From NCBI GenBank assembly GCA_965228855.1, contig CBDDIJ010000005.1:704001-768000 (forward strand): a DNA stretch of 64,000 nt. The letters are read 5' to 3'. Under the pieces are notes generated by a model. That model saw only the letters and a program-made list of their open reading frames with translations, did no database searches and was not told the origin of the DNA. Below are positions 1-9,288 of this stretch, piece by piece (position 1 is the first letter of the stretch; every line of letters begins with the position of its first letter). Origin of the DNA: Candidatus Obscuribacterales bacterium. GTDB lineage: Bacteria > Cyanobacteriota > Vampirovibrionia > Obscuribacterales > Obscuribacteraceae. The translations under genes and the position numbers were made by a program.

Positions 1-96
1 CTGGAAGAGCCAAACCTAGTGCTCAAGCGGTTCATGCGAAAGCGGAAGTGAGATTTGCGACTTTTGAACGACACTACTACTGGAGATCGATCAGGT

Positions 97-1884
97 TTAA
101 AGACCCAGTCGATCTTTTGGTTTTGTACGAAAGAACGTTCTAATGGCCTTAGGCAGCCTAACATTCGCCCCCGCGAGAGGCCGATATTCAGGTCCACTTG
201 CATTAAGCAGCTTGGTCACGAATTTGCGAAAGTGTCTCTCTGAATCATCGAGCTTTCCATCGCCTTGGAGAAGGCCGATTCGGAGGATGTCTGCTACAAG
301 TGGCTTGTGAAGGACTTCCAAGTCGTGGACAATCGCCTCGACATCTTCCTTATTCTTCAGTTTCAAACTCACTCGCCCGCAACCATAGAGACCCTCGACC
401 AGCGGAGCATCGTAATACTTGAGACTTGCGCGATAATCTTTTAGTGCAGTTGCGTACTCTAGATTTCGGCTGTCGCTATAGACCATCGCATCGGCTCGAC
501 GTTCCATGAACAAGGCTCTCTTTTGGAGTCGCGTTCCAGTCGAGATTTTCTCCGGCATCGAGAATCTGTGGCTTCCTTTGACTAGCTTGTTATAGCCGTC
601 TACGACCGCATCGCAGCCTTGTAGGCATACGGTTCCCCTGAGTAGACCAACCCGAGACCGCAAATTGTAGAAATCCTCGGCGGCTTGCTCTGCATTGTTT
701 CTTTGAAGGTGACATATGATTCGTACCCCCAGGGTCTTCTCGTTGTCTGGATCCAGGGTCAACACCTTATTCAAATTGTCCAGCCAAAGCGGATCGATTC
801 CCGCTTTCATTTGCCACAGACGGAGGTACGAGTCCTCATCAGTTGACACACCTAATTTTCGCAAAGATTCTTCGAAATCATCCAGCAGAAGTTTCGAATT
901 CGCGCTGTCTTTCATAAGAAGGGCAAGTTGAGCAAGGACATAGTCGGTATAGATACTCATTCCCAACTGTTTCGCGTCACGCATACTCTTGGTGGCTTCC
1001 TCAAGTTGGTTTGTTTCGACGTTCCTGAGCGCCGCACCGTAGAGCTTGCGAAACCTGATTTCCTCTTCGCTTGGTTCAAAGATTGCTCTCGCAGCTTCAC
1101 TTACGGCAGCGTGCTGAGGACGAATTGTCCAGTCGCTCTTACAAAAAACTTCGGCCAGCGATTCCTGTAGATTGGTGGAACCATACAGGCCAATTTCCTC
1201 CCAACGAACGGGAAGCGTCATGCACCCAAGCAAGCCGCCACGTATCACTTCTCTCGTTGCGGCAATTCGTGGTTGAACATATTGAATCCAGGAGGATGTG
1301 TGACTGACGCGCCGCCCGACGTCAGCGATATGGACGAATTCATGCAAGATACTCGCTTCAGCTTGACCCGGATCTGTCTGGCCGGCTCGAAAGAATTGGT
1401 CAAAGAAAATTATTTCCTCAAAATTCGATTTAGCAATAGTCGACGCGATTTCATCGTCACGTTTCATCCTGACAAAACGAAGCGCACCATTACTCGACAG
1501 GCTTCTGAGAATGCCAGGATGCTTCCGCAAAATAAGTCCAATGCACCTTTGCACAAGCTGTTTTTCATCTTCTAACCAGCACTCTTCTTTTGACGTGCCG
1601 ACGCGCTTTTTGCTTTTTCGTGTCAGCGCCTCTTTTGGATCCCAAAAGATGAAATAGCGAGAGAAGGAAAATTCTTCTTGCTCCGGTTCATTAGTCGCAG
1701 ATCTCGTTGGTTCAGCGTTGAAGCACGAGGTTACAACACTGAATTTCTCATACGGAATCAAAGCATCAGATGCTTGGCTCACATCAGCGCAACAAAATAG
1801 ACCAGCGAATGCGAGGAATCCGAAGAATCCACTCGGGAGCTGTTCAAATCTACATTGGCTCTTCAATCTCGCAAGGTCCTTCAT
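97..1884 (-). CDS. Putative exported zinc metallopeptidase (gluzincin, lethal-factor/Pro-Pro endopeptidase-like motif set) with C-terminal TPR-like helical repeats
   Basis: N-terminal hydrophobic stretch FFGFLAFAGLFCCA; HExxH motif ILHEFVH; downstream YGSTNLQESLAEVF third-ligand motif; helical repeat pattern in the C-terminal half. Confidence 0.6.
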   Translation of the reverse strand: MKDLARLKSQCRFEQLPSGFFGFLAFAGLFCCADVSQASDALIPYEKFSVVTSCFNAEPTRSATNEPEQEEFSFSRYFIFWDPKEALTRKSKKRVGTSKEECWLEDEKQLVQRCIGLILRKHPGILRSLSSNGALRFVRMKRDDEIASTIAKSNFEEIIFFDQFFRAGQTDPGQAEASILHEFVHIADVGRRVSHTSSWIQYVQPRIAATREVIRGGLLGCMTLPVRWEEIGLYGSTNLQESLAEVFCKSDWTIRPQHAAVSEAARAIFEPSEEEIRFRKLYGAALRNVETNQLEEATKSMRDAKQLGMSIYTDYVLAQLALLMKDSANSKLLLDDFEESLRKLGVSTDEDSYLRLWQMKAGIDPLWLDNLNKVLTLDPDNEKTLGVRIICHLQRNNAEQAAEDFYNLRSRVGLLRGTVCLQGCDAVVDGYNKLVKGSHRFSMPEKISTGTRLQKRALFMERRADAMVYSDSRNLEYATALKDYRASLKYYDAPLVEGLYGCGRVSLKLKNKEDVEAIVHDLEVLHKPLVADILRIGLLQGDGKLDDSERHFRKFVTKLLNASGPEYRPLAGANVRLPKAIRTFFRTKPKDRLGL

Positions 1885-2044
1885 CGCATCAGGTCAAGAG
1901 AGCTGATTTAGTCGAGACGGTTTTCCGCCACCTCCATCATATCGCCTATGCAGAATAAGTGCCCGACACCTAACCGGTGTTCCGCGTTTGGAATGTTTTG
2001 GCCCGGGTATTTTCTCAAAGGATGATTCCGGAGGAGCGGCTCTT

Positions 2045-2689
2045 ATGCCAGATTTCACGAGAAAAACACGACTATATCTGCTGGTTGCCACGGCGATGGG
2101 AACGCTGGCGATGCCTTCTTTTGCACAGAATCAAAATGCCGGCGGTGGGCTGGAAAATTCAGCCATCCAGGCTGGCGCGAATGACGTGCTTGGACAAAGA
2201 GTCCATCGTCAACATTTGCGTATAAATCATGCGCTAAAGAGCGGTTTAATTTCAGAAACTCAAGCAAAGGACTTGCGGGATACAGTCAACGGTATCGCCT
2301 CCGAGGTTCAAGCGCTAACACAGAAAAACGGTGGTTCCCTTAAGCCGGAAGAGCTGAAGCAGTTTGAAAATTCGCTCAATCAATCAAGCGAGCAGATTCG
2401 CACTGTCGCGGAAGCGGGAAATGCGACGGTTCAGTCAGGAAAAGTTTTGGGGCCGACATGGAAGAAAGGTCCCGACGGCGCCCAAAATCCGAAGAGTCTG
2501 CTTCAACAAATGAAGCGCGAGAATAAGCGCGAGTTACGGCAAGAGCGCCAGAATACCGAACAGAAAATCGAGCAACAACAGTTGCAGTACGAAAGAGAGA
2601 TGGTCGAACATTTGGGCGAGCAAAAACAGGACATCCTTAAGGGCAAGGAAGATCTTAAGGATGTCCGCAAAGAATCCGGCGCCGATTAA
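2045..2689 (+). CDS. Secreted helical/coiled-coil hypothetical protein
   Basis: GGAGGAG RBS just upstream of ATG 2045; signal peptide ending MPSFA/Q; Q/E-rich coiled coil at the C-terminus. Confidence 0.7.
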   Translation: MPDFTRKTRLYLLVATAMGTLAMPSFAQNQNAGGGLENSAIQAGANDVLGQRVHRQHLRINHALKSGLISETQAKDLRDTVNGIASEVQALTQKNGGSLKPEELKQFENSLNQSSEQIRTVAEAGNATVQSGKVLGPTWKKGPDGAQNPKSLLQQMKRENKRELRQERQNTEQKIEQQQLQYEREMVEHLGEQKQDILKGKEDLKDVRKESGAD

Positions 2690-2784
2690 ACGCCGTTTCT
2701 TTTACGTTACGATACTCGAACAGTGCGCATCAGGACTCGATCAACAAAAGTGTTCCACTAGTAAATTTTTGATCTGGTTTGTTA

Positions 2785-3303
2785 TTAAACCAAAACAGGT
2801 TGTTGAACTTTTTGTTGGCGAGTGTTCGCGAGTTCTTTCATCGAGAATCTATAGATTCGCGTCGAAGGATCCACAGTAGGCTCTTTCGGCGCTTGCCATG
2901 GTGCTTCGGGCACGACTGGAGTCGCGACTAAAACACTGCTATCGATGGAAGGTTTCTTTGCGGGTCCCGAAAAGGCCACGCATGCTTTGCTGGCTTCACG
3001 TCTGTCTCTCGACGACGCGGTAGCGGCAGCGTCCTGGACGCGCTTATTTTGAGCGCGTTGTTCGCGCTCCATATTGGCGAGCATCTCGTCAATTTCAAGG
3101 CTGCGTTTCCACAACGCCTTGATCTTGGCGCGACGTATTATTGCTTTCCTAACTCTCCAGGTGGCGTAGCCCACACCTGCAACTACGAATGAAAGCAAGA
3201 CAACTTGCCAGCTCGCAGTTACGAGATGATAAGACACTCCCGCCACGAGGATCAGCGAACCGAGCGTTTGAAGAAACATAATCGGTGATCCTTGTAGGGT
3301 CAC
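2785..3303 (-). CDS. Hypothetical membrane protein (two N-terminal TM helices, basic coiled coil)
   Basis: Two hydrophobic segments followed by a K/R-rich segment; no competing long ORF. Confidence 0.65.
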   Translation of the reverse strand: MTLQGSPIMFLQTLGSLILVAGVSYHLVTASWQVVLLSFVVAGVGYATWRVRKAIIRRAKIKALWKRSLEIDEMLANMEREQRAQNKRVQDAAATASSRDRREASKACVAFSGPAKKPSIDSSVLVATPVVPEAPWQAPKEPTVDPSTRIYRFSMKELANTRQQKVQQPVLV

Positions 3304-3438
3304 AAGTGACGATATTCGATTTTAAGAGCGAAGTAGATATACGATACATCTATACAAGGCGTTTGAACAGCCCCTGAAGGACAGATAATCGAGTGAATTT
3401 TCAATTTTTTTCGAAAGCTGGAAGTGGGTTTCGAGGAA

Positions 3439-5499
3439 TTATGACTTCACGCCCGCGACGAGAGTGGCTCTGTGCCAGGCTTGCCAGCGAGTGGCTCGTT
3501 TTATCCGCTCCCGTAAAGCGAGCAAACCGGCCTCTTTCGAATTCTTAGTTACGCCCTCGTGGGGGAGCGTCAAAAGTTCTTTTGCCAGACCAACAGCAGC
3601 CTGCGCATCGCTCCCATCGTTCATGAGGGACTGCAGATAATTTCTAGCGGTATCACTGGCGATGCCAAAGCCGATCTTCTTACTTAGCATAAGAAGCGCG
3701 GCAAGGAAGAGAGGATCCGCTTTTTCGTTAGAAATTGATAGCGTCGACAAAATAATTTCTAGTGCATGCTGAACGACTTGCGCATGCAGGGGACTGGCGA
3801 GCGCCACCGTTTGGAGCCCTTCCAGCCAGAGAGTGGATAGCAGGTCGGATCTGTGGTCGGCGATAGTGGTACCAATCATGACACCATCAATTCGCCCGTC
3901 CTGAATGGCGCGGTTCAGAATTTTTACAGACACCGACCTCGCCTCGCCGCTCACAGCGTTGAGTGCGTAAACCAGCGCATGGATCGCCATGTCACCAACA
4001 GGCAAATCAGGATCATAAAGAGATTCCCAACCATCTTCCTGCCAGTAATTGTTGTTGCTATCACGCGATTCGGAGGCGGCCCGGAACTGCCGAGCCCAGA
4101 AGACTTCCGTGCAGAGAGGCGATTTGATGTTGCCGATATCCATGTCGCCGATAAGCGCGACTTGCTCGTGGGTCCCAGGTCGCAGTCGTAAATAATCCTC
4201 TATAAGGATTGCGCTGGGTGAATTATATGACGAAGGTGACAAACATCTGCTTATCTCGGGATGCTCTCGAGCGGAGAGTTTGACTTTCATGCAAAATGGC
4301 TCTGTAAGGGGCGCTCGAGCCCTAAATGCAGCGACCCATAATGGAATATTTTCTCCAAAACTCTCATCGTCGGAACCGAGAGCATACCGCAAAGCGCTTG
4401 CGAACTCGCCCTTGAGAGGTGCGGCATCTGATAATGCCTCATCACGATGCTCCGGGGCAATGCGCAGTAGGGATTGCACTTGCTCCAAGAGCGAAGTGTC
4501 ATTGTCAATATCGGCTATTCTGGCGGCTCTTTGAACAAGCACCCGCGGATCGATCCAGAAACCGGCGTGCGTCGGAGTGGCCAACAGATTTACGTTCCGT
4601 CCGCTCGCAACCCGGCTAGCAACAGCGATTACACGCTTGTGCACAAGGTTTTCGAAGAACTGCTCCTTCTCAGGCTCGACACCGAATGCCCAGGCTAGAG
4701 AGACTGCAGAAAGAAAACCGCCATCGTTTTTTGCGCGCGCGTGCAGGGCGGCCAGGCGAGCCTCCCAGTAATCTCCCTCTGCAGGCGGCTTTGGAGAATG
4801 GACAACACCATCAAGCACCCGTTCGATCTCAGCCTCTGATAATTGCATGTTGAAACCGCGCATCAAGATATCCAGCGTCTCATCGGGATCTCGCAGCGGT
4901 TTCGGTCTAGAACCTGGATCAAGCCGGATAACATCCATGGCTTCAAATGTGGTGGCAGGTATCAGGCGACGATTGCCCAAAGCAGCTTCTAAAGCTTCAT
5001 CGCATCCCGCCAGCTTTCGCCAGCGAGCATCTAAATGCTGATACTGTTGAACCAATTCATCCTGGTCGATGGAACCAGTACTGATAATAAACTCTTTTGG
5101 CGAAACAGGCTTATCACCATCAGCGGTGGCAAGCAATGCCTCAGCGGCGGCCCGCTGGGATGACGCAATCAGGTCGAGCCGCTGGCGGAGCTCTTCGGCA
5201 AAGGCCGGATCGAGAGGCTGAGAAAAACGTTTAAGTAAATCCATTGCTCTGGCATGCACGTCAGGCGAATCGTTTTCAAACGCGTACAACGCCGTACTCA
5301 CCATCAGCCTTGACTGAAGCTGATCTCGCGTTGCCTCGCAAACCAACTTCAAAATCTCGAGTGCTTTGCACACGACACTTTCATTCGAGGTGCTGAAAAT
5401 CATCGGCAATTCAGCGACAATCTCGGCAGCCGACATCGAGTTAACAAGTTCACGCTTGTCCAGCGCATCGCTCTGCAGAATTTCAGCCAGGTCGACCAT
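3439..5499 (-). CDS. HEAT-repeat-like helical protein, DUF6493-like family
   Basis: 686-aa helical ORF; LLATPTHAGFWIDPRVLVQR resembles the conserved motif I recall for DUF6493-type proteins. Confidence 0.55.
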   Translation of the reverse strand: MVDLAEILQSDALDKRELVNSMSAAEIVAELPMIFSTSNESVVCKALEILKLVCEATRDQLQSRLMVSTALYAFENDSPDVHARAMDLLKRFSQPLDPAFAEELRQRLDLIASSQRAAAEALLATADGDKPVSPKEFIISTGSIDQDELVQQYQHLDARWRKLAGCDEALEAALGNRRLIPATTFEAMDVIRLDPGSRPKPLRDPDETLDILMRGFNMQLSEAEIERVLDGVVHSPKPPAEGDYWEARLAALHARAKNDGGFLSAVSLAWAFGVEPEKEQFFENLVHKRVIAVASRVASGRNVNLLATPTHAGFWIDPRVLVQRAARIADIDNDTSLLEQVQSLLRIAPEHRDEALSDAAPLKGEFASALRYALGSDDESFGENIPLWVAAFRARAPLTEPFCMKVKLSAREHPEISRCLSPSSYNSPSAILIEDYLRLRPGTHEQVALIGDMDIGNIKSPLCTEVFWARQFRAASESRDSNNNYWQEDGWESLYDPDLPVGDMAIHALVYALNAVSGEARSVSVKILNRAIQDGRIDGVMIGTTIADHRSDLLSTLWLEGLQTVALASPLHAQVVQHALEIILSTLSISNEKADPLFLAALLMLSKKIGFGIASDTARNYLQSLMNDGSDAQAAVGLAKELLTLPHEGVTKNSKEAGLLALRERIKRATRWQAWHRATLVAGVKS

Positions 5500-5611
5500 G
5501 ATTCCCTCGAAGCTGCTGTAAGAATTGTGCCCGGCACAACTTCTCGCCTCTCCTCACATAACCGGCAATAATATCCGATAAACAACCAATGCGGCTATAC
5601 AGTCTGGTTGG

Positions 5612-6334
5612 CTACCACGGTAATTCCTTACTTTTGTCGTAAGCGTCAGACTGTTGCGGCGGCGGCGTTTGCTCATAAGACGGTTGCTGCTGAATCTGAG
5701 CAGGCGGTTGTTGTTGGCTCTGTTCGTACTGCTGGTATGCCGGTTGCCCCCCACTCATATCCGCTTGCCCGCTGGGAGCTTGCACCGCTTGCTCGGCGGA
5801 GCTTCCGAAACTGCCACCGTCGGGCTGCTCCCCGTTCGAAAGCTCTTGCATTTTGACACTTTCCCACATCGACCCGTCGCTATACTTAACCTGCAAGACG
5901 CGAATTTGAAAGCTGGCTATATTAGGACTAAGACCGCCCTCGCGTTTCCACTTGTGCGAACGGCTGGCTCCCGGCGAGAGTGGATAGGCGTCGGGCGCGT
6001 GGAATGTACCTCTATCTTTGTTGGCGGAGTCGCTGAACCGGCAGCGAAATTTGACCGCAGCTACGGGTCTGGAAGAATTATTCTGATAAGTGAGGTATAT
6101 TTTTGAAGCTGTCGGCGCACCGAATGGGTCAATCTCCAGAACGCTGCGCACACTGGTCAAACCGACCGGACAGCCCTGCTCCGGATAAAAGTCTGCTTGC
6201 AGAACTCTTTCCGGATTTGACTGCGCGAGACATGGCTTCAAATCACCGACAGGAATCAAGATCATCGTGAACGCAAACAATAATCCAGGAAATTTGGGAA
6301 GAACCCTGCCTCTTGGCTTGGTCGGTTTATTCAT
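5612..6334 (-). CDS. Secreted hypothetical protein with beta-rich domain and Q/P-rich tail
   Basis: GAGGAG RBS (complement of 6345-6350) before ATG 6334; basic N-region plus hydrophobic signal ending CLA/Q; VKYSDGSMWES beta motif; QQQPP tail. Confidence 0.7.
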   Translation of the reverse strand: MNKPTKPRGRVLPKFPGLLFAFTMILIPVGDLKPCLAQSNPERVLQADFYPEQGCPVGLTSVRSVLEIDPFGAPTASKIYLTYQNNSSRPVAAVKFRCRFSDSANKDRGTFHAPDAYPLSPGASRSHKWKREGGLSPNIASFQIRVLQVKYSDGSMWESVKMQELSNGEQPDGGSFGSSAEQAVQAPSGQADMSGGQPAYQQYEQSQQQPPAQIQQQPSYEQTPPPQQSDAYDKSKELPW

Positions 6335-8201
6335 CGGGACGTTACTCCTCATCCTATTCAGCTTTGCAAGCGTCTCTGCCGCAGAGAAGAACAAGAACTT
6401 TACTCTTACCATAATACATACGAATGATCTACATGCTCATGAAGAGCCGTTTCTCGACAAAGGCAAAGTAGTCGGCGGCTGGGCAGGCGTCGGCCAAATC
6501 ATTCGCAATTGGAAAAAGCAGTATCCGGACGCGGTAGTTTGCGACGGCGGAGATATGTTTCAAGGCTCGATGCTCTATAGCAAATTCAAGGGCGACGTCG
6601 AAGTCAATCTTTTGAACAAGATGGGATATGACGTTTTCACTATCGGCAATCATGAGTTCGACGATGGTTCCGCAAATTTGGCACAGCAACTGGCCAAAGC
6701 AAAATTCGACATCATCAGCGCAAACCTCGACCCTACAGCTGTGCCTGAGTTGGATAAACTCGTAAAACCTTCAGTGGTTAAAACGGTTAATGGAAAGAAG
6801 ATCGCGTTTGTCGGAGGGGTTACACCGGATCTGGAATCGGTTTCAAAAAACACGCTGCAAGGTGTCAAACTGAAAGCGCTGGGAGCCGATTGGTACCAAC
6901 CGATCAAACAAGAAGTCGAACGGCTTCAAGCCCAGGGTCTCGATAAAATAATCCTGGTTACGCACTGCGGCGTCAAATGTGAAAAGGAGCTAGCGGAACG
7001 AATTCCCGGTGTTGATGCCATAATCGGCGGACACAGTCACACGCGATTGGAACGTCCACTGTTGATCAAACACGAAGATGGCACAACAACGACGGTAGTA
7101 CAGACCGGCTGCTACGGTAGAGCGGTCGGGTTGTTGCAACTGAGTTTTGACGACAACGGTGTTGTGCGTCAGTCTAAATACGGACTGACTGACGTGACGT
7201 CGAAAACGGCTCAGGCTCCGGACTTGAAGGAGTACATCGACAAAGTTTCGGAACCGTTTGCCAAATCGAACAAAGAAATTCTATCGACGGCTACACAGTA
7301 TTTCGAGAAGAAAAACTCGCTTTGCGACACGTCCATGGGCGATATCGTTTGTGATTCGATCGTCGACTCCGGCAAAGAGTACGGCACCACCATGGCGTTT
7401 CAAAATCGAGGTGGCATACGGGGAGTTTTGCAAAAAGGTCCTATAAGCGTTGCTCAGGTGGAACAGGTCCTGCCGTTCGAGAACTATGTGGTTTATGCCA
7501 CCGTTACCGGCGACATCGTCAAACGAGTTATTGAACACAGTCTGATTGGAGATGGTCCTGATGGTCATTTTGCCGACGTCAGCGGAGTGAAGATCATTTG
7601 GGACAAATCAAAGCCCGACGGTCAGCGCGTGCTGATGATTCTGGCAAATGACGGGAAGGGCAATTTCAAGCCTCTCGACGACAAGGCAACTTACAAAATA
7701 GCCATGAACCACTACAATTTTGAAGGTGGCGAGAGTTACGATTTTAAGGGTGCGACGAACATCGAGAAGTCGAAACTGCGCATGGCTGACGTCATGACAG
7801 CGTACCTGCGCAAACACCCATCAATAACTCCGATGAAACCAAATCGCATCGTTTGTGTAAAGGATGGAGCACTTTCAATTCGAAACAATGGCAATTTGAA
7901 GACCATATCAATGAAAGACGCGCCAGCTTCGGCTCGTATCACAATTGCCGGTGGCACCGGTCCTGGTGTCAGTACTATATATAGTGCTTTTCCAGTTCCG
8001 CTTGCAAATGCGCAAGTGCTCAAGACCGGGCTAAAAGCCAACGAGAATGGGATATTCGAGTGGAAAGACATTCAGAAGTTGGCACAGCTTTATAAGGGAA
8101 CGAAAGGAAAGGATGAAGCAACCTGGATAACCGTCGTAGCACATCCAGCTCGCGGAGGGAATGGTCACACGGTCATCGCCGCGCCGATTTCGATAAAGTA
8201 A
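6267..8201 (+). CDS. Bifunctional metallophosphatase/5'-nucleotidase (UshA/NutA-like), secreted
   Basis: Motifs IIHTNDLH, DGGD, GNHEFD, LVTH, GGHSH, NRGGIRG, VLPFEN; N-terminal signal peptide. Confidence 0.93.
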   Translation: MNANNNPGNLGRTLPLGLVGLFIGTLLLILFSFASVSAAEKNKNFTLTIIHTNDLHAHEEPFLDKGKVVGGWAGVGQIIRNWKKQYPDAVVCDGGDMFQGSMLYSKFKGDVEVNLLNKMGYDVFTIGNHEFDDGSANLAQQLAKAKFDIISANLDPTAVPELDKLVKPSVVKTVNGKKIAFVGGVTPDLESVSKNTLQGVKLKALGADWYQPIKQEVERLQAQGLDKIILVTHCGVKCEKELAERIPGVDAIIGGHSHTRLERPLLIKHEDGTTTTVVQTGCYGRAVGLLQLSFDDNGVVRQSKYGLTDVTSKTAQAPDLKEYIDKVSEPFAKSNKEILSTATQYFEKKNSLCDTSMGDIVCDSIVDSGKEYGTTMAFQNRGGIRGVLQKGPISVAQVEQVLPFENYVVYATVTGDIVKRVIEHSLIGDGPDGHFADVSGVKIIWDKSKPDGQRVLMILANDGKGNFKPLDDKATYKIAMNHYNFEGGESYDFKGATNIEKSKLRMADVMTAYLRKHPSITPMKPNRIVCVKDGALSIRNNGNLKTISMKDAPASARITIAGGTGPGVSTIYSAFPVPLANAQVLKTGLKANENGIFEWKDIQKLAQLYKGTKGKDEATWITVVAHPARGGNGHTVIAAPISIK

Positions 8202-8803
8202 TCATCGGTCGGATCATCAGGGATGCAATACTGCAGAGTGTCACGCCAGCCCACGCGCTTCGATAGTTTTTCCTTAACGGCTTTGCGGATTTCATCGAGG
8301 GAAAGCTCCTTGGCTAGAGCTTTCCACATATACCGGCGCCCCTTAGTTCGAAACCCATAATCCATACCGTGCTCTTTAAGTACAGCAAGAGCTTCCTCGC
8401 GCCAGAGAAGCTGACATATGTGAAACGGTTGGATATTGTAGTTTTGCCTGGATGGCCAAATTTCGTTGAGGAACACCTCGCCTTCGCGGCGACTGATACT
8501 GACCAGCCCCCACCACTTCGGGATCATGTCAACAGCCTGCGCGACGTACTTCTCCGCGCAGACGAGTGTCATTTTGTCGAAGATCTTGCTGTAAGTTTCC
8601 TGCTGAGCGGGCAGCCGCAACAGATTATCCGAAGGACTCTTAATCTCGAAGCCATGCAGCTTATCGTTGAGAACGGCAAGATCGACACGAAAACTTCCTT
8701 CGATCAATCCAAGCTCATCCACAATCAAGCTGTCCGGACTGGTCCGGAACATCTCATTCTTCAGGTAGTTATGCAGAGCTAAGCGGACGTCGAGTTCTTT
8801 CAT
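8165..8803 (-). CDS. sce7726-family protein (PD-(D/E)XK nuclease-like)
   Basis: IVDELG...RVDLAVLN..LHGFEIKS..DNLLRL..Q...YSKIFD and LLWREEAL motifs typical of the sce7726 family. Confidence 0.85.
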   Translation of the reverse strand: MKELDVRLALHNYLKNEMFRTSPDSLIVDELGLIEGSFRVDLAVLNDKLHGFEIKSPSDNLLRLPAQQETYSKIFDKMTLVCAEKYVAQAVDMIPKWWGLVSISRREGEVFLNEIWPSRQNYNIQPFHICQLLWREEALAVLKEHGMDYGFRTKGRRYMWKALAKELSLDEIRKAVKEKLSKRVGWRDTLQYCIPDDPTDDYFIEIGAAMTV

Positions 8804-8941
8804 GCCATAGTGCTACGGATGGTGCCTGATCATTATAGACGCTATCAGCCATAGTGGTCGCCGGAGATTCTGAACGGAATCGCCGCCGCTTTTGGATATA
8901 AGCATTCGGAAAGACTTTTTTATCGGAATGGGTGGGTGATA

Positions 8942-9168
8942 GAAAATTTTCCATTTTTCCCCCCTGCTGCTCAAACCCGCTGATAGTTCTCAGAGGACTT
9001 TAACGATTTTGGTATTAGAGAATGAGCAGTCTAGGGAAATTTCTCTGATTTTCCCCCGACTGCCTTTCACTGGGCTGAGTACACCGGGAAATTTTTCTAA
9101 ATTCCCCCCGACTGCTCGGACTTGCCCGAGTACACCGGGAAACTTTTCTAAATTTCCCCCGACTGCTC
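8942..9168. repeat. Array of three ~51-bp tandem units with an internal inverted repeat, plus one degenerate upstream copy
   Basis: Core GGGAAA(T/C)TT(C/T)TCT(G/A)A(T/A)TT(T/C)CCCCCGACTGC starts at 9034, 9086 and 9137; units 2 and 3 share 41 bp (9077-9117 vs 9128-9168) with 2 mismatches; degenerate copy GAAAATTTTCCATTTTTCCCCCCTGCTGCTC at 8942. Confidence 0.9.
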
Positions 9169-9288
9169 CGGCAGACCAAAACGGAACCCTCAAAGCAGTC
9201 CTCAGCTCCGCCTCAAATTTCATCTTCTAAATTGAACTTTTTCCATCCAAATTACGTTTATTAAAGTAGGACCACTTCGGAAAGGGAG

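Noticed and set aside
8942..9168. CRISPR array interpretation of the tandem repeats
   Set aside because: Only three good units, variable linkers of ~10-13 nt, mismatched repeats and no cas genes; kept as a non-CRISPR repeat
8990..9230. Short ORFs 8990-9223 (-) and 9009-9230 (+) with repeated peptides
   Set aside because: They simply translate the DNA repeat array; no convincing RBS or protein-like features
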